From IMG/VR virus record IMGVR_UViG_3300028638_000009: 64,000 nucleotides of DNA. The stretch is one strand, 5' to 3'. The DNA comes from an uncultured virus (IMG/VR IMGVR_UViG_3300028638_000009). Lineage: Duplodnaviria > Heunggongvirae > Uroviricota > Caudoviricetes. The notes under the pieces were generated by a model. The model was given only the letters and a program-made list of their open reading frames with translations, was not told where the DNA came from and ran no database searches. Shown here one piece after another: positions 19,819 through 30,900 of this stretch (the stretch's first letter is position 1; every line of letters begins with the position of its first letter). Made by a program: the position numbers and the translations under genes.

Positions 19819-22800
19819 CAGATAGCATCTTGCTGAATTTTAACAGCTTGGGCTTTGCTGAGTAGGTGCCGAACTGCCCCATTCCTATCATTTGGAATTT
19901 GTTCAACACTGCCACAATCCTTGACATTTCTTCCGGTGTTGCCTGCGCCCATCCACCAAGGTCAGTTATACGTATTTCCTTCATATCCAACAGGCCAGTT
20001 ATTACTTTCCTCATCTTTTCATATCCTTCTGTTCGGATATAGGCTTTGAGCTCAGTATACTGGTCCTCGTCTACGTTGCACTCCCTTCGCTTTTCGTCGT
20101 GCAGACAGTCTAGCCCTACGCTCTTATGCGAATACGTTCCTGTTATGAACGCCATCAGCATGTTCACATCGTCTACCGTCGGGATAAGCTTCACATTATC
20201 AGGGGTCCGACCAATAATACCTGCTATAGATACGGTAAGTCTGGCTACCTTCTCCCTTATGTCAGCAGTGTTACACAGCGGAACAGACGGAACATCAAAC
20301 TTTTCACCCAGCTTTATGGCGCATTGGAGTATCTTCTTAGTAACTTCTTCACTGAAGATTATCTCTTCCGGCTTTCTTGACCACATCCACAATACAGCTG
20401 TCCTTATCATCTCCCTTGATATTATCGGCTCTTTGTACTCGTTAAGCTTGTTAACGTAGTCTTTGTTGTTATCTGCCTCATTCAAGAAGCAAGCGATATC
20501 GAAGCGTCTAATATCCGGAGCACCTAATACGGATGCTAATGATAGAGCACCATATTTGAATTCTGACAGAGTCTTCTCTTTTGGATTAGGGTTTGCTGCG
20601 CATATAAGCCTCACCTTGGCCTCGTGACGTCCCTTAACGATTTTATTCACGTCAGCATATCCGTGTTGCCTGACGGTCCTTAAATTCGTAAATACCTCGG
20701 CCCCAAGGTTTTGTATTTCATCCAGAAATACCAGACTTTTATTGCACCGTGGAATTAATCCCCAGTTAATGAACGATTTGTTCTGAACTCTTTCTACCCC
20801 GCCTATAAGACCTGCGAAACTGCTGTTTGAAGAGCCTATCTTTCCAAGTCCAATGTAGTTTATTATTCGCTCAGTCAGCTGCGATTTTGCCTGTCCAGAG
20901 TCACCTATGAAGATAGAATCTACCCATCCACGAGATACAGGGGTATTGTTAAAAGAGAACTCAAGAGCAGAAAAGAACGTGAGTAGTATGGCCAATATTA
21001 CGTCATCCCTGCCATATATGAACGCCACATTTTCCCTGATGTCAGTAATCTTCTCTTCAAGGGTCAACGCTTTCCATTGTTCGAACAATTCTCTGTTGGA
21101 ATCGTTTATAGTGAATCCGTCTATCTGGCTATTAAGAGGTTCTACCTTGTTAAACAGAATTGTTATACTCTGATTATGCGGATTAGGAAGAACTGTTCCG
21201 TACCCACGATACGTTTTTGAAGTCTCAAGGCTGGATCCAAGAAAGAAGGCCAGGTAGTCCTTCATTTCTTTTGCCGCAAGGGGAGCATCCGCATCTTCAG
21301 GAGGTCCATCCTTTTCAATAGCCGCTTCTCCTATTGAGTACACTATATTAGAACATGTGAACGGCTGCACCACATGCTTTTCAGGATTTGCGCACAGTCT
21401 GAGTCTCTCTGGTTGGGTGCACCCATTTACTCTAGCTTTAAGGAAAGACATGGCTTTCTTGTCGTCGACACCGTACACCTGTATGTGCATTTTATCGGCT
21501 TCGTCGATAGCTACTGTCTTTATCTCATCTCTTTCTTCGCACGAGCACTTTTCCTTATAGTTAGGGCAGCTTCCTTCGTCACACTCTGCAAACACCAACT
21601 TCTTTGAACTGTAATACGGACTATCAATAAGAGAGCACACTGTGAAATCGACTCGGACATTCTTATGGCATATGATAGGATTCTCAATCTCGGATAGAGA
21701 ATTCAGAACATATACCCCGGCTCGACCTCGTTTACCTCCGGTAATAGCCAACTTTATCGGGCTCTTACCCCCGCATGCCTGTATCTCAGCGCACTCCTTT
21801 GGGCATATACCACGCTGCCTCATTGTTTCGCAGCGCATAGGTTTTATTCCGGAGCTCTCTATTATCTTGTTCGTTTTGTCATGATCATAGTTATCCGTGT
21901 TCTGCAAGAACTCGTGTATCCTGGATATGCCTACGACACCGAACTTTTTGAACAGCGACAGGATACACAATCTCTCATCGTGAGACAGATTTATATTCCC
22001 ATCATCTGGGTTGGCGTTTACAGCTCTATCTTCGATTGCTTTTAGCGCAGCGCACTTAGATATCATCAGATCTATCGATCCACCGAGCTGTGATACGTCT
22101 TCTAGTGTGTCATCCTCTATTCTGTCAGCTTCAGTATCCTTTAGCTTAAGAATGTTCGATAACTGGGCGGTGCTTATAGGAACTACCGATTCCAGTGCTT
22201 TCCACTGACCATCTGCTGCGGGCTCAAAACTGTCATCAAGAAACAAACATCTTTCGAAGTTCTTTCTGTTTACGCCCATAGGTAGTTTAATAAGTGACCC
22301 TGGCTTGGTGTCATCACCGGACGACTGCATAGGATATATTTCATACCCAGTAAGATCCAGCTCGTCGGCAAGAATCCTTGTCATTCTGTACGCATCGAGA
22401 GCTGGTACTTCGTCTTCAAAGAATACCCAAAGATGGTATCCCTTAGTTCCGCTACGTTCTATGAGTACTTGGTTACGATCTATTTTAAGGTCCTGTCCCA
22501 TTTTAAGTATTGTGGCAGTAACCTCTTTTTCGATCTGGTCCAAGGCTTCCCGTCGCTGCTTTCTTGCCGCAGCTGATCCAGGATTACCTATGGCGTTTTT
22601 AGCTGTTATGGTGTCGATGTCAAAGTCTATTACTAGAAATCTGCAGGTATTATTTCTTGTAATAGTGTAGCTGGCAAGTGTTATCTCTGTGTCAAGATGT
22701 TGCTTAACCAACTTTGGCGTCAGATGACCCTTTTCAGTTGACGGCACATACTGTGTGCTGCACTTCTCCAGGTTAACCTCACCCTGCATGGCCCAGTGAC

Positions 22801-22870
22801 CAGTGGTAAATCTCTGTATGAACAAACTGATATTGTCATCAGTATACGTTATTTCAGGCGGTCGTTTCAT
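19775..22870 (-). CDS. AEP primase / PriL-like / MCM-type helicase fusion
   Basis: IDFD, SGTKGYHLW, IKLP (AEP); Cys cluster; GDSGQAKS, GLIGG, LDEIQ, AANP, IRRFD (MCM AAA+). Confidence 0.85.
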   Translation of the reverse strand: MKRPPEITYTDDNISLFIQRFTTGHWAMQGEVNLEKCSTQYVPSTEKGHLTPKLVKQHLDTEITLASYTITRNNTCRFLVIDFDIDTITAKNAIGNPGSAAARKQRREALDQIEKEVTATILKMGQDLKIDRNQVLIERSGTKGYHLWVFFEDEVPALDAYRMTRILADELDLTGYEIYPMQSSGDDTKPGSLIKLPMGVNRKNFERCLFLDDSFEPAADGQWKALESVVPISTAQLSNILKLKDTEADRIEDDTLEDVSQLGGSIDLMISKCAALKAIEDRAVNANPDDGNINLSHDERLCILSLFKKFGVVGISRIHEFLQNTDNYDHDKTNKIIESSGIKPMRCETMRQRGICPKECAEIQACGGKSPIKLAITGGKRGRAGVYVLNSLSEIENPIICHKNVRVDFTVCSLIDSPYYSSKKLVFAECDEGSCPNYKEKCSCEERDEIKTVAIDEADKMHIQVYGVDDKKAMSFLKARVNGCTQPERLRLCANPEKHVVQPFTCSNIVYSIGEAAIEKDGPPEDADAPLAAKEMKDYLAFFLGSSLETSKTYRGYGTVLPNPHNQSITILFNKVEPLNSQIDGFTINDSNRELFEQWKALTLEEKITDIRENVAFIYGRDDVILAILLTFFSALEFSFNNTPVSRGWVDSIFIGDSGQAKSQLTERIINYIGLGKIGSSNSSFAGLIGGVERVQNKSFINWGLIPRCNKSLVFLDEIQNLGAEVFTNLRTVRQHGYADVNKIVKGRHEAKVRLICAANPNPKEKTLSEFKYGALSLASVLGAPDIRRFDIACFLNEADNNKDYVNKLNEYKEPIISREMIRTAVLWMWSRKPEEIIFSEEVTKKILQCAIKLGEKFDVPSVPLCNTADIREKVARLTVSIAGIIGRTPDNVKLIPTVDDVNMLMAFITGTYSHKSVGLDCLHDEKRRECNVDEDQYTELKAYIRTEGYEKMRKVITGLLDMKEIRITDLGGWAQATPEEMSRIVAVLNKFQMIGMGQFGTYSAKPKLLKFSKMLSDEERSSGDGSDFVF

Positions 22871-23566
22871 TTACCCCTCCGTTAAATTTTCGTCCCAGAA
22901 TACGCTCATGAATCTGTCACCGTTCTTAACGGTGGTACGCATGACTATCAGCTCTTTTCCACATGTAGGGCAGAAATTATAGAGCTTAACATCTGTTCGC
23001 ATAAATACATCCGGAGCTTCACCATGATTTATGCAGCATAGCGGGAATATAGATTCCATACCATCTCTTCCGCAGTAATACTCCCCCAATTTATGACACA
23101 CACATGATTTTAGAGCGTCTTCGGGTGAAGAAATATTTAATTCGGAGGCCAGCATGTTTTGCTTTAACATCCTGAATACATATTCTTTTGTGAGCATAAA
23201 TACAGGGCCACAGTCATACCATGCCAGACATACTTTTCTATCGGAGCTACCGTTAGTAGCGTCTATAACATCAAACTGCGTGAAGTATAGTACTGAAGGC
23301 TCTCCTCTTAGTGGTCTGCTATTAGGCATTACTAACCTGCCGATATCCGTTATTGAGTACTCAGTGCGATCTTCTCCGGATTTAATGAATCTACCATCAT
23401 GGAACTCTTTGTACTCTCGTACAAATTTCATCCCGTAAGAATTCATATATAGAACGTATTCTTTACTGTCTTCCTCCGGATTTTTTATTGTGCCGAGACA
23501 GACATACGTATCTCCCTTTTTGTGCTTATACGTGATTTTTACCGTGTCTTTAAACAGCTCTTTCAT
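22871..23566 (-). CDS. DUF1653-like domain protein with C-terminal zinc ribbon
   Basis: YKHKKGDTY...VLY...FVRE..EF..GRF; NFCPTCG. Confidence 0.6.
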   Translation of the reverse strand: MKELFKDTVKITYKHKKGDTYVCLGTIKNPEEDSKEYVLYMNSYGMKFVREYKEFHDGRFIKSGEDRTEYSITDIGRLVMPNSRPLRGEPSVLYFTQFDVIDATNGSSDRKVCLAWYDCGPVFMLTKEYVFRMLKQNMLASELNISSPEDALKSCVCHKLGEYYCGRDGMESIFPLCCINHGEAPDVFMRTDVKLYNFCPTCGKELIVMRTTVKNGDRFMSVFWDENLTEG

Positions 23567-23610
23567 ATAACTCCCTTATTTAAATGTAAAAAAATGATTA
23601 TATTAAAACC

Positions 23611-23635
23611 TTGGGGGGAGATTGCTCTCCCCCAA
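23611..23635 (-). terminator. Terminator-like hairpin (GCAA loop on - strand)
   Basis: gggggaga-ttgc-tctccccc after the SSB gene stop. Confidence 0.6.
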
Positions 23636-23651
23636 AGTTTAATTGTCTAGA

Positions 23652-24458
23652 TTAAAATGGGATTTCACCGGAATCAACTGATTCTACAGCGGTGTCATCG
23701 TCTACAACTTCGGCATCCTCAATAGCGGGACCGGAGTTGACTTTTGGTTTTTTGCCCTGTACGGCAGATTCCTTGGTAGGAACGAATATATTCTTGCATT
23801 CGGCGATGCCTTTGAACACTTCAGCCTGGAAGGCTTTGTCATCAATTTCGGCAATACTTTCGCCCATTTCAAAGGTCAATACTGACCATGGCTTTTTGCC
23901 AGTCACAGACTGAACAGTGAGGCCAATGTTGGTTACGGTCGCGGCTACGGGAATCTGCTCATCATTTGCGAGCATCTTTTCATAGTCCGACCAGTTCTTC
24001 ATAGAAGTAGGAGCCACTTTCATTTCATAGCGACCTGGGAGGCCTTTTGCTACGATAATGAGCTTTACGTTGTCTTTGCATTCTTTTCTGCGTTTGCCAT
24101 CATCGCACTCTTCCCATTTACCATACTGGCATTCTGAGCACTTGCCGAACGCTGTTCCATACTGTCCACCCACAGAACTGCAGGTTGGAGCGAGGTCATC
24201 TTTCCCTTCTCTGTACTCGCGCATCGTTTCGTACTGCACAACGACGCCTGATATGGTATCCTGGTCGTCCTGACCTTCAACTTCGAACTTCGGCTTTTTG
24301 ACACCGTGCTGTGCTGCAATGGTTGGGTACAGTTTGTACTTGGTAGTTTTTTTAAGTACCTTTTCCATCATTTCCTTCAGCGCGTCCTGTGCTGCTCCGT
24401 CCATAACAGCAAGAGCAGTGGTGTCAGCAGTTTCAGTCGTAGCTACGTCTTTTTTCAT
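23652..24458 (-). CDS. Putative single-stranded DNA-binding protein
   Basis: Acidic tail ending DSGEIPF; in replication cluster; AAGGAG SD; GGTATAAG at 24506-24513. Confidence 0.6.
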   Translation of the reverse strand: MKKDVATTETADTTALAVMDGAAQDALKEMMEKVLKKTTKYKLYPTIAAQHGVKKPKFEVEGQDDQDTISGVVVQYETMREYREGKDDLAPTCSSVGGQYGTAFGKCSECQYGKWEECDDGKRRKECKDNVKLIIVAKGLPGRYEMKVAPTSMKNWSDYEKMLANDEQIPVAATVTNIGLTVQSVTGKKPWSVLTFEMGESIAEIDDKAFQAEVFKGIAECKNIFVPTKESAVQGKKPKVNSGPAIEDAEVVDDDTAVESVDSGEIPF

Positions 24459-24522
24459 CGATATCTCCTTATATGTTATAGTTACACCGTCGTGCAACTG
24501 AGTGACTTATACCCGAAGATTA

Positions 24523-25518
24523 TTAACGGTCTTCAGGTTTGTTCTGTGGAGGATTTCCCGCGATATATTTTTCCAGCTTAGCAGTACTGTTACAGTATTC
24601 AGCCGCGCTGCAGGGGCAGTACATCGACCCTCTATTTCTTAGGAAACATCCATTTAATATGGAATCATGCACAGATATGATGTCTTCATTAAGCTCTTTA
24701 ATTGCGTTTTCACATGCAGATCTGTTTTTATCCACGCTCAGGAACATTAATTCTGTCTGCTTGAATGGCTTGCTATTCTTTCTCGGCTTTGTTGGGGGAT
24801 CTTTCTTTAACATGTAAAGAGCCCCAACTCCATTTACTGGAAATCCCAACTGCTCAAGAAGGTGCACGTATACAGCCAACTGTCGCAAAGGAAATGCGGA
24901 TGTTGGCGCGCTAGCAGCAGTCTTGTAGTCAAGAACAAGAGATTTACCTTTTATACCAAGGACAAGGTCTATTACCCCTATCATGTCGAACTCACCGATC
25001 TTACCGAATACGGATTGCTCTGTGAGCAGGACCTCTCCAATCGGCTGCTTCTGGAACAGGGCGGAGCACATTCCATTGAGCGCGTACCTCTTGTGGTTTT
25101 CCAGATCTGTTATTATATCAGATACCGGCTTACCCTTAGCCACGCCCTTCTCAATTATTTTACGTTCGAAGTCTGAATCCATTTCGGTGTAGAACTCTTC
25201 CAGGAGTATCTGTTTTACCTTGCACTCCTCAACAGTTCTAGCCATAGCCGCGGCCTTGTTTGGGCTGCTAAGCTTACAGTCAAACTTGCAGTCTTTGCAG
25301 TATTCGCGACCTTCTTTCATCGCTTTGTTGATTCTGCGTAGTCCTTTATGGCATCCAGTCCCGAAAGTACGCGGCAGGTCTATATCTTCCTCATATATCT
25401 TTACAAATCTTTTCAGAAAAGATCTGTAGGAACAGTCAAGAAAGTCGTCAACGAAACTGATACTGTATCGTTTAGACATATCTGGTACGATACCGTATCT
25501 TGTCAGCAGGTTAGCCAT
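24523..25518 (-). CDS. Cas4/RecB-like PD-(D/E)XK nuclease
   Basis: N-terminal Cys, FGTGCH, GVIDL, LDYKT, QLAVY, C-terminal CPC....C. Confidence 0.85.
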   Translation of the reverse strand: MANLLTRYGIVPDMSKRYSISFVDDFLDCSYRSFLKRFVKIYEEDIDLPRTFGTGCHKGLRRINKAMKEGREYCKDCKFDCKLSSPNKAAAMARTVEECKVKQILLEEFYTEMDSDFERKIIEKGVAKGKPVSDIITDLENHKRYALNGMCSALFQKQPIGEVLLTEQSVFGKIGEFDMIGVIDLVLGIKGKSLVLDYKTAASAPTSAFPLRQLAVYVHLLEQLGFPVNGVGALYMLKKDPPTKPRKNSKPFKQTELMFLSVDKNRSACENAIKELNEDIISVHDSILNGCFLRNRGSMYCPCSAAEYCNSTAKLEKYIAGNPPQNKPEDR

Positions 25519-25928
25519 GCTCCCTCCTTAGCTATTTCAATTGGTTTCATAAAAGTCTCTGCCAGGGATTTTAATTTCTTAACATCAGGCACATGCTCAT
25601 CTGGAGTCAGTGACCTAACCACAACTCCGTGAGCAATCTCGACTAAAGATATTTCGTAATCAGTCTGGCAGGTGTTGGGCAGATATTTAAACTCTGCCGG
25701 GATATACGCTTTACTCAAAGGCGGATACTCTGTCTTGAAACAGCTGCCATTATTGTGCACAAGGTACACAATAGTATGATCTGGAGATACGGCTAGCAAG
25801 CCATATTTAGTCCAATATACTTTCATTCCAAGGTGTTCTATAAATCTGCCCGATCTCACCACTATTCCGCTTATACATCCGAACACCATTACAATGAACG
25901 GATTGTATGCCAGTTTAAATCCAGTCAT
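25503..25928 (-). CDS. Hypothetical protein
   Basis: GGAGG SD, overlapping neighbours. Confidence 0.55.
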   Translation of the reverse strand: MTGFKLAYNPFIVMVFGCISGIVVRSGRFIEHLGMKVYWTKYGLLAVSPDHTIVYLVHNNGSCFKTEYPPLSKAYIPAEFKYLPNTCQTDYEISLVEIAHGVVVRSLTPDEHVPDVKKLKSLAETFMKPIEIAKEGAWLTC

Positions 25929-26551
25929 AAATCCTCCATTGTAGTGGGTGACGAAATACTAACGGGCATTAATATACCCGTAGAAGTTACCTCGAACGCG
26001 GGTGATTTTTTGCGCAAAAGTGAATCGAAGTCTTCAGCTCTAGCCGGAGAAGCCTCCACTAAAAATATCTTTTCTCCAGCATAGAATCTGGTCGAATTGG
26101 CCATATCTATAGATACCACCGATGCCTTTTCCATGTCAATGGGTACGGCATCTACCCCGAAGTTTATGACCGGATGTATGAGTTTGAATCTTTTTAAACA
26201 CAAATCAAAAACATTTTTTCCAATCACTTTTGCGTAATAAGAATTATTTTTTACTTCGTCTATCGGGCAACGCTTTCCTATAGCTCTTCTAGTGCGAAGA
26301 AGATATATAGTACTCAACAGTGGAAGCATGTCTACGTATACCATGCATCCCATGGTATACAATATACGGAACATAGACAACAAGTGCCTCTCCGGACATA
26401 CCAATTTACCAGGGGTTAAACACATACCAGCCCCAATAAATGCTCTATCCATACGCCTGAAATCGTACGATACAGCCGCAGAGTCAGAAAGAAGCGCGCT
26501 AAGAACCCATACATCTTTTTCAGGGAGATACTGCTTCAGCTTTTCCAGCAT
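25925..26551 (-). CDS. Hypothetical protein
   Basis: AGGAGG SD, 208 aa. Confidence 0.6.
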   Translation of the reverse strand: MLEKLKQYLPEKDVWVLSALLSDSAAVSYDFRRMDRAFIGAGMCLTPGKLVCPERHLLSMFRILYTMGCMVYVDMLPLLSTIYLLRTRRAIGKRCPIDEVKNNSYYAKVIGKNVFDLCLKRFKLIHPVINFGVDAVPIDMEKASVVSIDMANSTRFYAGEKIFLVEASPARAEDFDSLLRKKSPAFEVTSTGILMPVSISSPTTMEDL

Positions 26552-26867
26552 TTATGGCCTCCTTTATTTTATCTATCATTGCGTCTCTGCATGTGACACA
26601 ATCTCCCTTGTGTGCAAGTGCATACCCTGGGTATCCAGTTACTGGAAGATAAAAATATTCGCAGTTGTCAATGGTTACAATAGGGGGTACTTCATGCGCA
26701 TAAAATCCCCCACCACGAATGGGTACGCTGAAGGTCCTGCCTGCAGTGTAATTGGCGTTACCATATGTCAACGCGTGAATAAATGGAAGCGCAATCGCTA
26801 CCAGCAGTGCGACAATGGCGATGACTATCAGAAGTTCGATCAGCGTGAACCCCGCATTACGATTCAT
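26520..26867 (-). CDS. Type IV pilin-like protein (prepilin N-methylation motif)
   Basis: MNRNAG/FTLIELLIVIAIVALLVAIALP; GGAGG SD; GGTATAAG at 26895-26902. Confidence 0.85.
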   Translation of the reverse strand: MNRNAGFTLIELLIVIAIVALLVAIALPFIHALTYGNANYTAGRTFSVPIRGGGFYAHEVPPIVTIDNCEYFYLPVTGYPGYALAHKGDCVTCRDAMIDKIKEAINAGKAEAVSP

Positions 26868-26910
26868 AAATAACCTCCAAGTTAAGATACAAATCTTATA
26901 CCCATAAATA

Positions 26911-26939
26911 TTGACGTAGACCCATGAAGATGGTACTCT
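26911..26939 (+). promoter_or_regulatory. Sigma70-like promoter of the tail/baseplate island
   Basis: TTGACG-N17-TACTCT with TG extension. Confidence 0.45.
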
Positions 26940-26971
26940 ATAGATGACAAATAAACACAAGGAGCGTTATC

Positions 26972-27508
26972 ATGAACCCAACTGGACGTATGCAAACCTC
27001 TATCCACAAGGATAAAAAAGAGGAATCTAAAGAAACTCCGGTAATGGATGCAAGCACTTTATCCTCATCAGAGCCTACTGTAGCTAAAGAGCAGACGGAA
27101 GCCGAAGAAAAATCCGCACCAGAAGAAGCACTACTGGAGTTGGACCTCCAGAACTTCTTCTTTAGTGGACGTATTGAGCATACCTTCGACTTAAAAGGCG
27201 GATTCAAGGTCACCATGAAGCTGCTGTCTTCTGAAGAACTTGAAGAAACCCATAAGATCCTGTGGAATCTCATCCAGAAAGAAATATCCACCGATATGGT
27301 CACCGCTGCGCACACTATTGAAGTGCTAGCCAGAACCATAACCAAGTACGGTAAGGTATCTCTGGAAGATAAAAAAATAGAAGACAAGCTCAGTTTCGTA
27401 AGGGCTAACGTTCCCGGAGTACTGTTGTCAATTCTAATAAAGAAGTACAACTTACTTGAGCGGTCGGCGGATGCCGCGTTCTCTGATAAAGAGAACTTAA
27501 AAAACTAA
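26972..27508 (+). CDS. Tail assembly chaperone (G-like)
   Basis: Two ORFs upstream of tape measure; ends in slippery A AAA AAC TAA. Confidence 0.8.
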   Translation: MNPTGRMQTSIHKDKKEESKETPVMDASTLSSSEPTVAKEQTEAEEKSAPEEALLELDLQNFFFSGRIEHTFDLKGGFKVTMKLLSSEELEETHKILWNLIQKEISTDMVTAAHTIEVLARTITKYGKVSLEDKKIEDKLSFVRANVPGVLLSILIKKYNLLERSADAAFSDKENLKN

Positions 27509-27551
27509 GAAAGAGGCCATACGTCAGAGGAAGACTCCGGCTTATGGCCTC
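27499..27551 (+). other. Programmed -1 frameshift signal
   Basis: Heptamer A AAA AAC at 27499-27505, 7-nt spacer, 9-bp stem gaggccata/tatggcctc; the -1 frame is open into 27544-27900. Confidence 0.8.
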
Positions 27552-27900
27552 AGGTATAGATCTATCCAAATATTCTGAGCACGTAATCGAGGGACTTATA
27601 GATGCTCAACTGGACTCTCAGTTGATAGACTATTATAAGTTATTGATAAACGTTAAATCCAGAGCAGGTGATTCTGATGGGGCTAACGAGTGCCTGGAAC
27701 GCCTGAAGCGTATCATAATTATGGACGATGCTCCAGTAATCACCAAAATGGATCATATAAATGCTCTGCTGGATGACATGGATAACTGGAAGGTCACCGT
27801 AGATCTGAAACAGTTCAGAAGATACACTAACAATAAGTTAATAAGGCGAAAGACTCCAATAGAGGAGTCCCCACCGCCTAGGAGAAAACGAAGGCCATGA
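27544..27900 (+). CDS. Tail assembly chaperone extension (T part of GT)
   Basis: In -1 frame to the upstream ORF; ATGA overlap with tape measure. Confidence 0.7.
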   Translation: MASGIDLSKYSEHVIEGLIDAQLDSQLIDYYKLLINVKSRAGDSDGANECLERLKRIIIMDDAPVITKMDHINALLDDMDNWKVTVDLKQFRRYTNNKLIRRKTPIEESPPPRRKRRP

Positions 27901-30900
27901 GTATACCGTCCCCCTATAGCTGGAATCCAAGCACCGCTCGAGATTTAAGCAACCTATCTCGGAATAACGCACAGTTTTCGTCTACTACCGAGTGGGGTTG
28001 GACAAACGCTGTAGGGGGACACTACTTTGGCACCAATCCGCAGCTGCCCTCTTCGTATTCTAGAATTCAATACAACGAAGAACGTGAGTTAGCCGCTAAA
28101 GGATATACCCATGGAACAGCTACTGCAGTTGGAGCGTTCGCTGTTGGGGCAGCAGCTACATACGGATTCTGGGGAAGTCCCATCCAGGATTTAGCTAGGT
28201 GGACAAACAATGGAGTTCCAAAGGCCGTTCTGGAAAAGACCGGATTCGCAACTGCTACTGCCTGGAAAGATGCTTTAGGAGATAACGCTTCCAAACTTTT
28301 CGACAAAGCCGGGATGTATAGGGGCACATCTTCTCCTATAGCTAGAATTGCCTCGTCTAGTTTTAACTTCTGGGCGGGGGTTAACGCTGCCGGATCCAAT
28401 TTTGGGCATAAATTAGGCGAAGGATTAGGTAGAGCGGCGGGTACATTGGTAGGCCAAACAGCCAGGGGAGCTGCCAATCTTGGTGGGATGGTAGTAGGAA
28501 GTGGGCTAGATTATATTGCAGGTGGAATGCCATCTGCTGTCACAGGATGGATAGGTGAGACTGGAAAAGAATTGGCAGAATCCGGAGCAAAATCGTCAGC
28601 TGCATATCTTAAAAACTTTTATAAAGAAGCAGCTGAATCCTCCTTACAAAAAGGATTCTCTACACTAGTTCCAGGAGCTCCGCAGTCAGTGTCTGCACTG
28701 CGTGCAGCAACTCCAGCAACTCCAGGGTTGTTTAGCATGAACACCGTCTATCGTGCCAAAGGTGCGATAGGAAAAATGATGGCTACAAACTCTTTTAGGG
28801 CAGCTACTGGAATGGCCGCTGGATGGGTAGCGGGTGGCGCTGCATATGTGGGTGGAGCCTTAGGATCTATGTTTCTTAACCCCGTGTCCCTCGCTACTAT
28901 GTATGCTACTGATAAAGGTATACAGTACGCCGGAGATATCTATTCTAACTTCAAAAGCGTCCATGAGATGGAAAAAGCTATGGTCGCCAAATCAGATAGA
29001 ATACTCCAGTTCGGAGCTGCAGACAACGATAGAGGTATAGCGGGCGGGTTCTCCGCAGCACAGCGCGCAAGAGTAGTTGACACTGTGCAGAAAATGGCTT
29101 CACAGGCAGCAAGCTCTGGGGATATGTTTGGAATGGGCAGCAACAGCATCTTCGGTGGACATAAAGCGTACACAGATAGATTAAAAGAATTAAAGAGCAT
29201 CCTAAATGTCGGAACAGACATGGGCATGTTTGACCAGTTAAGAAGTTTCGAAGAGTTTGAAAAGAAATTCTCTCAAACTGTTAAGATGGTCGATAAAATG
29301 AGTAAGTTTATAAAGAAGAGCAAGGGCGAAGTAATGGCTCTTATGGCCGGAATGCAGCAAGAGGGCGTGTTTGATCCAACTATGGCTGCTAATAAAATAG
29401 CCAGAAGAGACTTCGCTGCTAAGCTCACCGGAGTAGACATCGGTACCACAATGATGGAGAGCAATGCGTTCTCCCAAATGTCAAATCAAGCTGGATTTGG
29501 ATTTGGATTTGGCGGAGATAGAGCGTCTGAGAATAGAATAATGCTATCCAGGGCACGGCGCACCGGAATGATGACCAGGGAAACCGAAGCACGCCTCGGC
29601 GGAGAGCAGCAGATTCTTACCGATATGTTCGCGTCTGACTTGGCTATGCTCCAGGATCAAAAGGTAATGGCTGGTCTGTCATTAGCCGTAAGACGAGACC
29701 CCGTAACTGGAAAAGTTACCTTTGACCGGTCCGCATTAGAAAGAGACGCCGAAGCTGCCAATACATACGAAGGAGCTAGAGAGGCTGGAAGAAAGAGAGC
29801 TCAGCATATCTGGGGTATGGCGTACAGTGACATGCTCGGGGCAAGAGTAGAAGGAGGAGCCTTCTATGACAATTCTTTCAACGTAAAAGAAGCTATAGCC
29901 ACTGGGGTTATCACTTCAAAAGATATAAATAGACACCTGATCAACATGGTTCAACAACGCCATATGGAGATGAATCCAGGTGGAAGTACCATGGGTAGAC
30001 GAGAAGCTCTTACTCTTGGACTAATGCAGTTCGGAGGACTCAGCAGAGAGCAAGCCATGATAAAAGCCGCTGAATACTCTGGCAACTTCAAAGACCAGGA
30101 AATGACTGAGAATCTCGCAGTTAATAATGAGAGAATCAGGCAGGAAGTGGAAGATAACAGTATATCTGGATCCTGGAGTAATATAGCAGCGTATTATGCC
30201 AGTAAGACTGCTGCCATGGTTACTAATATGGCCGGTCTTGGTGGATGGGTGAACGATGAACTAAAAGGCAGTGTAGACGAAGACACCATTAAATATTATG
30301 GATACTTCGCTGAAACAGGCAAGGAGATGGAGACTAGAGAAGCTGCTAGACGACGTTTAAAAGGCGCCTCTACAGAAGAGATAGTGTCTTCTATGTCCGT
30401 GAAGGAGATGAAAGAAATACTGCGCTATAAGACTGAGATGGCACCTCCACCTAAAGAAGTTGTGGATGAGGCCGACGAGCTGAGTAGAATAGAAAGCGCC
30501 ATGTTGGCTGGAAATGTAATGGGACAGCAGATGAAATCAAATTCAGCTCTTAGAGAGGGTATGCGAATATCTTTCGGATCAGCTACTGGATACGCCACAG
30601 ACGGAACGGCTATGAGATATTCATTGGAATCGCTACTAAATAAAGAGTATGAAGATGCTGACTATTCTGATGTCATGGAGTTGGCTAGAAGAGCACTGGC
30701 AGGTGAAAAAATAAACATAACAGAAGCTAACGCTGATAGATTCGGGAAATTAATGGGCGCTATGCGTGTTGAGGCGACATTAAGAGCCGGAGGAGATAAA
30801 GGTAAATTGGATGAATTCGACCGCGGATTCGAGACTATAAATAAGAACATAGAATATGGAAAAGACAAAGTATCTGCATCTGAAAAGGCCGCTAGAGATT

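Noticed and set aside
24523..25518. Cas4-like and CARF-like genes as a CRISPR-Cas locus
   Set aside because: No repeat-spacer array or cas1/cas2/effector genes; solo Cas4-like nucleases are common in phage replication clusters
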